From the NCBI RefSeq assembly GCF_017876815.1, contig NZ_JAGIOS010000001.1:3540001-3572000 (forward strand): DNA of 32,000 nucleotides, written 5' to 3'. This DNA is from Sinorhizobium meliloti (GTDB lineage: Bacteria; Pseudomonadota; Alphaproteobacteria; Rhizobiales; Rhizobiaceae). The notes under the pieces were generated by a model, which was given only the letters and a program-made list of their open reading frames with translations, made no database searches and had not been told where the DNA came from. Positions 19,771 through 27,217 of the stretch are shown piece after piece. Both the position numbers and the translations under genes were made by a program. Numbering within the stretch: position 1 is the first letter of the stretch; each line of letters begins with the position of its first letter.

Positions 19771-20083
19771 GATATTGCCTCGTGTCGGAATGGGCGCGGC
19801 GCCGGAAAGACCGTGCGATCTTGCGTCCGGCGGCGGCCAGCCTGTTGCCTGAAGCGCAACGCACCGATCGTATGCATGCGACGCGCCCTAGGTTGTTGTC
19901 TCTGTGCATGTCGTTGGCCCAAAACCGCTCCGCGCTTTCGGACGCATGCATAAAGCTCATAGATCGCCGCACGGCCGGTTTCAAGCGACTGCGCATCTGT
20001 GCACGCAAAAAGGCACCGCCAGCCCACATCGGGACTGACGGTCGGGACATGAGGAACCTGACGAGACGCGGGATGCGGTGGGG

Positions 20084-20120
20084 GGAACCGCACACACTTT
20101 TCCTCATCCCGCTCTAAGGC
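20084..20120 (-). repeat. Inverted-orientation copy of the GGAAAAGTGTGT-NN-CGGTT family
   Basis: The reverse complement reads gccttagagcgggatgaggaaaagtgtgtgcggttcc. It shares cttagagc-N8-ggaaaagtgtgt-NN-cggtt with the 16280 and 16343 copies. Confidence 0.7.
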
Positions 20121-20753
20121 CTGTTGAGATTCATAGGCGAAGGTCAAGCCACTTGTCGTCTCCCCGCATGCGGGCTACGGCATACACATATCTCTTGCGC
20201 GCCGGTGCGGCGGATACTGCTCATGAAAGGGATCCCTCGGGAACCCAACCGCCTCAACGCCGCTCGGTCGGGATTGCCCCTCAACCGGCTGCCGCCACCT
20301 TCTCCCCGCAGGCGGGGAGAAGGGATATGTCGCGCCCGCTCGCTCCCTAGGGCGGACAGTGAATGCGGGGTTCAGTCGGCGCCGCTTGTCCCTTCTCCCC
20401 GCCTGCGGGGAGAAGGTGCCGGCAGGCGGATGAGGGGCGGGTGACCGCTAATGCCAATGTTAGCGCATACGGGTTTGATCCCGAGGACCCATCCGCAAGC
20501 CTCGCCACTGACGGAAATACAGATGCCGCCGCTCCGGAGTAAATCCGCGAAGGGCTGGACAACAAGAGATATGTGCATGCCGTAGCCCTTGTAGGGGAGA
20601 ATATTTGGGGCGGGCTCTCGCCTCCACCTCTTCGTTCTGCCGTGGCATCGTTTTGGACATGCGAAGGTCTAGCCGTTTATCGTGCTCGTCCCAGGGATGA
20701 GGAGAGCAAACAAGCCGCTGCGGTTTGCCCGAATCTTAACAGGCCTTAGCGGG
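20108..20753. repeat. ~650-bp nested inverted-repeat mosaic (REP/RIME/MITE-like) filling the exbD-proximal half of the pcm-exbD spacer
   Basis: Outer arms: 20108-20132 versus 20731-20753, 22/23 identical with a 2-nt gap. Inner arms: 20172-20197 versus 20563-20588, 25/26 identical. Central palindromes at 20298-20323 and 20391-20416 are exact reverse complements of each other. Confidence 0.8.
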
Positions 20754-21171
20754 CAGGCGCGGCCTCCAGGCCGACGAGTGCGATCTTGCCGTAGCCGGCA
20801 TTCTGAATGAGGTTCATGACCGTCATCAGTTCGCCGTAGTCGACCAGGCGATCCGCGCGCAGGAGCACGCGCGTTTCCGTGTTGCCGCCGGTTATCCGGT
20901 TGAGTTCGGCAACGAAAGCTTCGCGAGGCGCCTCTTCATTGCCGATGGCAAGCGTGAGGTCGGCCTTCAACGTCACGAAGACCGGCTTGTCGTCGCGCGG
21001 CGTCGGCTTTGCCACGGATTGCGGCAGATCGACCTTCATGTCGACCGTCGCGAGCGGCGCAGCCACCATGAAGATGATGAGCAGCACGAGCATGACGTCG
21101 ATGAAGGGGGTGACGTTGATCTCGCTGTTCTCGTCGAGATCGCCGCTGCTCTCGGAAATTCTTCCAGCCAT
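20746..21171 (-). CDS. exbD: Biopolymer transport protein ExbD
   Basis: 141 aa. The ExbD/TolR signature is INVTPFIDVMLVLLIIFMV, with a single TM helix and a periplasmic domain. Confidence 0.88.
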   Translation of the reverse strand: MAGRISESSGDLDENSEINVTPFIDVMLVLLIIFMVAAPLATVDMKVDLPQSVAKPTPRDDKPVFVTLKADLTLAIGNEEAPREAFVAELNRITGGNTETRVLLRADRLVDYGELMTVMNLIQNAGYGKIALVGLEAAPAR

Positions 21172-21177
21172 TTTCGC

Positions 21178-22164
21178 TTATCCGATTCTGGCGATCGAGT
21201 CGGGGGCGTGGGCGAAGCCGTCCTGGCGGCGCGGCGGCGCTCTGCGGGCGTGGCGATGATCGAGATCGCGGCTTACCAGTCTCTCGACGGCTGCAGCCGC
21301 ATCTGCCAGGATGAGCTTGTAGCCCCCGACGGACCGGGCAAAATAGTTATAGATCACCACCGCCGGTATTGCCGCGACGAGGCCGATCGCAGTTGCCAGC
21401 AGCGCCTCGGCGATGCCCGGCGCGACGATGGCGAGGTTGGTCGTCTGCGCCTTGCTGATGCCGATGAAGGAATTCATGATTCCCCAGACGGTGCCGAAGA
21501 GGCCGACGAATGGACCGACGGACCCGATCGACGCCAGGATTCCCGTACCGGCGCTCATCCTCTTGCCGGCGCGAACCTCGATACGCGTGAGCAGAGAAGA
21601 GACGCGTTCCTTGACACCCACTGCCGGCGCAAGGTCCAGAACGGCTTCCGAGCGTGTCATTTCGTCGATCGCTGCGGCGACCATCTCCCCAGCCACGCCG
21701 GCGCGGCGCTCGAGCTTTGACTGCACCTCGGCGAGACCATTCGCGGAAACGAGCGCAGCCACGGCGCGCTTAAGGCGCGACTTGGCATAAATGAGTTCCA
21801 GCGTCTTCACGAGGAAGATCGCCCAGGTGGCGACGGAGGCGAGCGCCAGAGCGACCATCACCGCCTTTACGACGATATCGGCAGCGAGGAACATGCCGAC
21901 CGGCGAAAGATCATGCGGAAGCACGGGGTTGACTTCCGTCGCGTCGCCCGCCGTTGCGTCGCCCGCTGCTGCCTCGAGCGGCGCCGGTTGCGCGCCCGGG
22001 TCATCGGCGCCGGGAACATCTGTCGCCGGCGGCTGCGCATCGACCGAAACGGACGACGGCTGTTGTACGGTCTGCGCGAGGCCGTTCGCGACCGGACCGG
22101 CAAGGAAAACAGCCAGCGTTGCCGCCAGCAACACGTTCAATTTCGGCCGGATCCGATCAGACAT
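21178..22164 (-). CDS. exbB: Biopolymer transport protein ExbB (MotA/TolQ/ExbB proton channel) with a long N-terminal periplasmic extension
   Basis: Internal ATG at 22164 is preceded by GAGGAA. The signal peptide is MSDRIRPKLNVLLAATLAVFLAGPVANGLAQ. A Pro/Ala/Asp-rich stretch contains AGDATAGDAT. The MotA_ExbB core follows (..GLFGTVWGIMNSF..IAPGIAEALLATAIGL..). Confidence 0.85.
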   Translation of the reverse strand: MSDRIRPKLNVLLAATLAVFLAGPVANGLAQTVQQPSSVSVDAQPPATDVPGADDPGAQPAPLEAAAGDATAGDATEVNPVLPHDLSPVGMFLAADIVVKAVMVALALASVATWAIFLVKTLELIYAKSRLKRAVAALVSANGLAEVQSKLERRAGVAGEMVAAAIDEMTRSEAVLDLAPAVGVKERVSSLLTRIEVRAGKRMSAGTGILASIGSVGPFVGLFGTVWGIMNSFIGISKAQTTNLAIVAPGIAEALLATAIGLVAAIPAVVIYNYFARSVGGYKLILADAAAAVERLVSRDLDHRHARRAPPRRQDGFAHAPDSIARIG

Positions 22165-22384
22165 CTCGTTCCTCTTTTCCCGCATTCGCCCGAGCGTCAC
22201 GGGCCTGCAATCGTTTTCAACCAACAGGTGGGCGCGGGATGCAAACCGCAGCCGCTTGCGCCTCCCTTGTCGGTGAAGCGCCTTCGCAACGCTCTTTACG
22301 ACAAACAATGGCGGGATGACAAGATTGTGGAGTACAATAATCAAGAATATGCGGCAGATGGGGCGATGAGGAATGCGCGGGCCG

Positions 22385-24865
22385 TCAGGGGGGTGAACCT
22401 TGCGGCATAAAACTGCCCGTCCGCCAGTCGTAGCGGCGATGACGCTGCCAGGGGCGCTCAGTGGAGGAGAACGACGAGACGACGCGCATGCGAGGCGGCG
22501 CGCCCGGTTGTTCCTGCTCGGCATGGATCTCGACCGCCCCCGTCCGGCGCAGCGTCTCGGTGCTTATGACCAGCGATCCGCCGGGCGGGCAGCCTGCAGA
22601 CGGGCGGCGGCTGGCGACGACGACCAGATCGACGCGACCGCACAGGAAGGAGAGCGATTCGGCCTTTTCGATAACAGCCACTGTCCATCCCTCTCGGCTG
22701 CGCCCGGCACACCCTGTTCCCTTTCTGCAGGCGAAGACGCCGGCTCGAGCCGAGGTCAGGAAAGCTGCTGTCCCGGCGGCGGTGTCCGGTTCCGCTGCAA
22801 GGTCGACCGGTGCCTTATGTGCGGCGATCGCAAGCGCGCGCTGCCATTGCGAGAAGATGAACTCCGGCGGACGGCTCCGATTGGTCGCGATTGCATCCGC
22901 GGTGATCAGGCCGACCAGTTGAGCATCCTCCGATATGGCGATCGATGGGCGCTCCTTCTGCGGCTCAAGCGCGATCGCGCATACACCGAGAGCGATCAGC
23001 CCCGCGCCGACGAGCGCCAGCCGCGTTCTCAGCACGCAGAGCAGGATGCCGCCGAAGGCAATAAGGAAGAACTGCACGTCGCCCATGCGACCGGTCGTCC
23101 ACTCGCCGTCGAGGGATGCGACATATCTCGCGACGGTCAGCATCCAGTCCAGCCCCTGCCCCATGACCACGAGGGGGTAATATTCGAGCCCGAAGGGCAT
23201 AAGCAGCATCGCGAACAGCGCGAACGGCATGATGAGCACGCTGATCAGAGGCGTCGTAAGAACGTTTGCGGCCAGTCCGTAACCGGGGAGCCGGTTGAAA
23301 TGGGCAGCCGCGTAAACCGCCGTCGCCAACCCGCCGATGACGGAGGTGGCGACAGTACCGATGGCGAGGCCGGACACGACCCCCGCGCCCCCCCGGTTCC
23401 TCGGGGTTTCGCGATCCTTTCTCCTGTGGTCGCGCCAGCGGGAATAGCCCGCAACGAGGGCCAGCGTCGCCGCAAAGGACATTTGGAACCCTGGTCCGGC
23501 TGCCGCCGATGGCGTCCAGGCGAGGATGACGAGTGCGGCAAGCGCCACGTTGCGCAGGCTGATCGAAACGCGGTCGAAGAACAATGCGACGAGCATGATC
23601 GAGATCATGATCCAGGATCTGAGCGCCGAGACCGCGCCGCCGGAAATCAGGATATAGAAGAAGACCATGAGAAGAGCGCCGACGGCGGCGATCTTCTTGA
23701 CGGAATATCTTTCGGCCAAGCCGGGAACGAAGCTCAGCAGGGTCCGGGCGCCGATGAGAAACGTGCCCGCCGCCAGCACCATGTTGAGGCCCGAGATCGC
23801 CAGGACGTGCGACAGGCCGGCGGCGCGCAGCATCTCGACGGCCTCGCGGCTGATCGCGCGCTCCTCGCCGGTCACCAGCGCCGCAGCGATTGCACCGGTA
23901 TCGCCGCCGATCGCTGTCCGGATACGGTTGCCGATCGCCTCGCGGACCAGTGCCAGATATGCGGCCGCCTTCGCCGGCAGCGAGGCCTGGGACCGATCCG
24001 TGACAGCGCCGGCATCCACCGGCGCTCGCGGCGCGCCATAGAAATACCCGACCGCGCCTACGCCTTTGAAGTAGGCGCCGAACGCGAAGTCATTGAGACC
24101 CGGCAGAGCCGGCCCGGAGGGCGGCGACAAACGCGCCTTGCCTTCGATCGTCGCCCCGACCGGAAACGCCTCGTGACGGCTCCGCGCCAGGAGCGTCGCC
24201 CTTTCCGGAGCCCTGCGAAGACGCGGGCCGGAGGTTTCCTGGATGCGAACGAGATAGCGCCAGCGCCCCCTGTCGTCCGGATCCCGCGACAGCACGGTTC
24301 CGCGAACGGTCGTCGTAACGGGAGTATCGAGAATGACCGTGTCGCGCCTTGCTGTTTCGGCCGCGGCGAGCAGCATGCCGGCCGTAAAGAGAGCAGGCGC
24401 GATCAACAGCGGCCGCCAGTTTCGCAGGTCTCCCCGGCAAAGCACCGCAGATATGCCGAAAACGCAAAGCAGCGCTGCAAGTTTGGCAGTTCCGACGGTT
24501 TCGGGCAGCGCGAGCCATGCAAGCGAGCCGAGCGCAAGCACGACCGGGATCAGGACGAAGCCGTGGCCGTATTCCTGCTCTTCTGCAACTGCAGCGCCTA
24601 TCCGGAGGGAAACCGCCGTGGCCGCCGAGCGTATCCGATGGCGAATGTGTGTCGCATGCCGGCCGGCAGGCGCCCGGCGGCCGGAGCCGATGACGGGCAA
24701 ATCGCCAGTGAGAACCTGCGTCGCCTCGCTCTCGGGCCACGCGCTGCGTTCCCCATCGCGCACGACCGCTTGTGCCCCGCTCTCCCCCATTCCGCTCCGC
24801 CCGCGCCTGTTTTCGCGATCCTGCAGCCAACCATGCAATCTTGCAACTCGAAGGCTGATGCTCAA
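22385..24865 (-). CDS. comEC: ComEC/Rec2-family inner-membrane channel protein
   Basis: Polytopic membrane protein with a DUF4131-like N-terminal region and a competence-domain motif (AGLSHVLAISGLNM). The start is uncertain: the first codon at 24865 is TTG, and ATG 24790 is preceded by GGAG. The 839-aa plus-strand ORF is an antisense shadow. Confidence 0.78.
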   Translation of the reverse strand: MSISLRVARLHGWLQDRENRRGRSGMGESGAQAVVRDGERSAWPESEATQVLTGDLPVIGSGRRAPAGRHATHIRHRIRSAATAVSLRIGAAVAEEQEYGHGFVLIPVVLALGSLAWLALPETVGTAKLAALLCVFGISAVLCRGDLRNWRPLLIAPALFTAGMLLAAAETARRDTVILDTPVTTTVRGTVLSRDPDDRGRWRYLVRIQETSGPRLRRAPERATLLARSRHEAFPVGATIEGKARLSPPSGPALPGLNDFAFGAYFKGVGAVGYFYGAPRAPVDAGAVTDRSQASLPAKAAAYLALVREAIGNRIRTAIGGDTGAIAAALVTGEERAISREAVEMLRAAGLSHVLAISGLNMVLAAGTFLIGARTLLSFVPGLAERYSVKKIAAVGALLMVFFYILISGGAVSALRSWIMISIMLVALFFDRVSISLRNVALAALVILAWTPSAAAGPGFQMSFAATLALVAGYSRWRDHRRKDRETPRNRGGAGVVSGLAIGTVATSVIGGLATAVYAAAHFNRLPGYGLAANVLTTPLISVLIMPFALFAMLLMPFGLEYYPLVVMGQGLDWMLTVARYVASLDGEWTTGRMGDVQFFLIAFGGILLCVLRTRLALVGAGLIALGVCAIALEPQKERPSIAISEDAQLVGLITADAIATNRSRPPEFIFSQWQRALAIAAHKAPVDLAAEPDTAAGTAAFLTSARAGVFACRKGTGCAGRSREGWTVAVIEKAESLSFLCGRVDLVVVASRRPSAGCPPGGSLVISTETLRRTGAVEIHAEQEQPGAPPRMRVVSSFSSTERPWQRHRRYDWRTGSFMPQGSPP

Positions 24866-25095
24866 AAAAGAGGCAGACTAGATAGAATGGTACCGCATTA
24901 TCAGCTTAGCGATCATTGATCTCTTCGAACGAATTGCCGTAACATGCGTTTGTTGCGTTGCCATATGCGTTTTCGCATCGCACAAGTTTGCCTTTGGTAC
25001 TGCTTGGCAGTCGAAAATAAATCATATAGCAAATTCGCAACGCTCAAATTCGCGGCACAGAGCTATGCCACGATGTCACAAAAACGGAGGGTCCC

Positions 25096-26385
25096 ATGTC
25101 AGAGAAAAGCGCGACAGTAACATTCGGCGGAAAATCCGCGGACCTGCCGGTGCGATCGGGATCAATCGGTCCGGACGTCGTGGACATCGGCTCGCTCTAC
25201 AAGCAGACGACGATGTTCACCTACGATCCGGGCTTTACCTCCACGGCATCGTGTGAATCGAAGATCACCTATATCGATGGCGACGAGGGCGTCCTGCTTC
25301 ACCGCGGATTTCCGATCGAGCAGCTTGCTGAGCACGGCGATTTTCTCGAAGTCTGCTACCTGCTTCTCTACGGCGAACTGCCGACAAAGGCTCAGAAGGC
25401 CGATTTCGATTATCGCGTCACGCATCACACCATGGTCCACGAGCAGATGTCGCGGTTTTTCACCGGCTTCCGCCGCGATGCCCATCCGATGGCCGTCATG
25501 TGCGGCTGCGTCGGTGCCCTTTCCGCCTTCTACCACGACTCGACCGACATCACCGATCCGCATCAGCGGATGGTCGCATCGTTGCGCATGATCGCCAAGA
25601 TGCCGACGATCGCCGCGATGGCCTACAAGTACCATATCGGCCAGCCCTTCGTTTACCCGAAGAACGATCTCGACTACGCCTCGAACTTCCTGCGCATGTG
25701 TTTCGCCGTGCCTTGCGAGGAATATGTCGTCAATCCGGTCCTGGCGCGCGCCATGGACCGGATCTTCATCCTCCACGCCGACCATGAGCAGAACGCATCG
25801 ACCTCGACCGTTCGCCTCGCCGGCTCGTCGGGTGCCAATCCCTTCGCCTGTATCGCTGCCGGTATCGCCTGCCTTTGGGGGCCCGCCCATGGCGGCGCCA
25901 ACGAGGCGGCGCTCAACATGCTCGCCGAAATCGGCACGGTCGACCGCATTCCGGAATATATCACCAAGGCCAAAGACAAGAACGATCCGTTCCGTCTGAT
26001 GGGCTTCGGCCACCGGGTCTACAAGAACTACGATCCGCGCGCGAAGATCATGCAGAAGACCACGCATGAGGTTCTCGCCGAACTCGGCCACAAGGACGAC
26101 CCGCTCCTGGAAGTCGCGATGGAGCTCGAACGCATCGCCCTGACGGACGAGTACTTCATCGAGAAGAAGCTCTACCCGAACATCGACTTCTACTCCGGCA
26201 TCACCCTGAAGGCCCTGGGCTTCCCCACCACGATGTTCACGGTGCTCTTCGCCCTTGCCCGCACCGTCGGCTGGATCGCCCAGTGGAACGAGATGATCGA
26301 AGATCCGGAACAGCGCATCGGCCGTCCGCGCCAGCTCTATGTCGGCGCACCGCTGCGCGACTATGTGCCAATCTCAAAGCGCTGA
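25096..26385 (+). CDS. gltA: Citrate synthase (type II)
   Basis: 429 aa. GGAGGG lies 4 nt upstream of the ATG. Catalytic-site regions are present ([25 protein letters not shown]). Confidence 0.96.
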   Translation: MSEKSATVTFGGKSADLPVRSGSIGPDVVDIGSLYKQTTMFTYDPGFTSTASCESKITYIDGDEGVLLHRGFPIEQLAEHGDFLEVCYLLLYGELPTKAQKADFDYRVTHHTMVHEQMSRFFTGFRRDAHPMAVMCGCVGALSAFYHDSTDITDPHQRMVASLRMIAKMPTIAAMAYKYHIGQPFVYPKNDLDYASNFLRMCFAVPCEEYVVNPVLARAMDRIFILHADHEQNASTSTVRLAGSSGANPFACIAAGIACLWGPAHGGANEAALNMLAEIGTVDRIPEYITKAKDKNDPFRLMGFGHRVYKNYDPRAKIMQKTTHEVLAELGHKDDPLLEVAMELERIALTDEYFIEKKLYPNIDFYSGITLKALGFPTTMFTVLFALARTVGWIAQWNEMIEDPEQRIGRPRQLYVGAPLRDYVPISKR

Positions 26386-26414
26386 GCGGCGGACGAACTC
26401 GACAAGAAGCCCAC

Positions 26415-26466
26415 CCCACCAACCGTCATCCTCGGGTCAAGCCCGAGGATGACATGTGGTGGGTTT
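26415..26466 (+). terminator. Extended hairpin plus TTT, likely the gltA terminator; it is also the first hairpin of repeat module U1
   Basis: cccacca (26415-21) and gtcatcctcggg (26425-36) pair with cccgaggatgac (26442-53) and tggtggg (26457-63), followed by TTTG. It starts 30 nt after the gltA stop. Confidence 0.5.
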
Positions 26467-26613
26467 GCGCGTAATGACTGCGGCGAGGTTCTTGCACGAA
26501 CCGCAGATCGGCCTTGCGAAGGCTGAGGCCGTCTTTGAGGGGCATAGTAACGTCCCTCCCCAGTGTCACCCTCGACTCCTCCGCCGTCATCCTCGGGCTC
26601 GCCCCGAGGATCC
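26425..26613 (+). repeat. Repeat module U1: hairpin A, ~130-nt conserved core, hairpin B (B is the inverted copy of A)
   Basis: A1 is 26425-26453 and B1 is 26586-26613. The core is near-identical to that of U2. Confidence 0.85.
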
Positions 26614-26628
26614 AATCACGAGCGTCGT

Positions 26629-26703
26629 TGGTATCGGGAATGGAAGATCGAGCTCATCGAGAAGATGAACCCCGATTGGCGCGACCTGTATTTCCAGCTT
26701 TGA
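26629..26703 (+). pseudogene. 3' remnant of a GIY-YIG gene (last 24 codons only)
   Basis: It reads WYREWKIELIEKMNPDWRDLYFQL*, matching the C-terminus of the intact copy at 27130-27207. About 213 bp, comprising the start codon and the whole catalytic domain, are missing relative to the intact copy. Confidence 0.8.
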
Positions 26704-26716
26704 TGAGCTCGCACAT

Positions 26717-26901
26717 GGATCCTCGGGTCAAGCCCGAGGATGACATGTGGTAGGGGTTGCGCATAATGACTGCGGCGAGGGCTCTTGCACGAACCGCAGA
26801 TCGGCCTTGCGAAGGCTGAGGCCGTCTTTAAGGATCATAGTAACGTCCCATCCCATCACTCTCGACTCCCCCCGTCATCCTCGGGCTTGACCCGAGGATC
26901 C
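26717..26901 (+). repeat. Repeat module U2: hairpin A, core, hairpin B
   Basis: A2 (26717-26744, ggatcctcgggtcaagcccgaggatgac) and B2 (26874-26901, gtcatcctcgggcttgacccgaggatcc) are perfect reverse complements of each other. Confidence 0.9.
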
Positions 26902-26922
26902 AATCACGAGCATCGTCCGCAT

Positions 26923-27207
26923 ATGGCGGGCTATGTCTATATCGTCACGAACCACAAGCGCGGAACGCTCTATATCGGCGTTACGTCCGATCTCGAGCGC
27001 CGCATCTTCGAACACCGAGAAGGCTCGACGCCGGGCTTTGCGTCGAAATACGGGTGCAATCGACTGGTGTGGTATGAGGAGCACCTGCAGATCGGTACGG
27101 CCATTCAGCGCGAGAAATCGCTGAAGCGCTGGTATCGCGAATGGAAGATCGAGCTCATCGAGAAAATGAACCCCGACTGGCGCGACTTGTATTTCCAGCT
27201 TTGGTGA
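26923..27207 (+). CDS. Small stand-alone GIY-YIG nuclease-domain protein (UPF0213/COG2827-like)
   Basis: The 94 aa begin MAGYVYIVTNHKRGTLYIGVTSDLERRIFEHREG.., with GIY and YIG elements and conserved Arg and Glu (..IQREKSLK..). The ATG at 26923 is internal to ORF 26785..27207. The upstream part of that ORF is translated repeat sequence. Confidence 0.85.
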   Translation: MAGYVYIVTNHKRGTLYIGVTSDLERRIFEHREGSTPGFASKYGCNRLVWYEEHLQIGTAIQREKSLKRWYREWKIELIEKMNPDWRDLYFQLW

Positions 27208-27217
27208 GCTCGCATAT

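Noticed and set aside
19667-20147. ORFs 19667..20107 (-), 19767..20147 (-) and 19782..20117 (+), considered as a possible missing tonB or other gene upstream of pcm.
   Set aside because: They are Arg-rich and mutually overlapping on both strands. One overlaps pcm itself. None has a Pro-rich TonB linker, a TM anchor or a Shine-Dalgarno sequence.
20078-20660. Five overlapping 66-106-aa ORFs on both strands in the pcm-exbD spacer (20078..20350, 20124..20444, 20347..20565, 20372..20578, 20460..20660).
   Set aside because: They are read-throughs of the palindromic repeats, which give the same peptide-like strings on both strands (for example SPRRRGEG / LLPAGGEKG). They have no ribosome-binding sites and no domain-like sequence.
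22165-22384. Search for canonical iron-regulator boxes (RirA IRO-type TGA-N9-TCA, Irr ICE-type TTTAGAA-N3-TTCTAAA) upstream of exbB.
   Set aside because: I found no convincing match by eye. Only a short ATTGT-N5-ACAAT palindrome lies in the AT-rich patch, which is too weak to call a regulatory site.
16484-22524. Upstream extensions of several real genes in the ORF track: popZ to 17497, tolC to 19023, exbB to 22524, and also fabZ to 30859 and xthA from 9448.
   Set aside because: The extensions are Arg/Cys-rich and lack family similarity. Internal ATGs with good Shine-Dalgarno sequences coincide with the conserved N-termini or signal peptides.
26426-26545. 39-codon minus-strand ORF inside module U1 (MPLKDGLSLRKADLRFVQEPRRSHYAQTHHMSSSGLTRG), preceded by GGGAGGGA 8 nt upstream of its ATG.
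   Set aside because: The equivalent sequence in U2 is frameshifted after codon 19. In U3 it starts with GTG, carries a 6-nt deletion and a further frameshift, and stops early. Conservation is therefore at the nucleotide level, not the protein level.
26785-26922. N-terminal extension of the GIY-YIG ORF (TTG start at 26785, reading HEPQIGLAKAEAVFKDHSNVPSHH...).
   Set aside because: This segment is the repeat-module core plus hairpin B. The same frame is broken by indels in module U3, and the GIY motif begins right after ATG 26923. The extension is translated repeat DNA.
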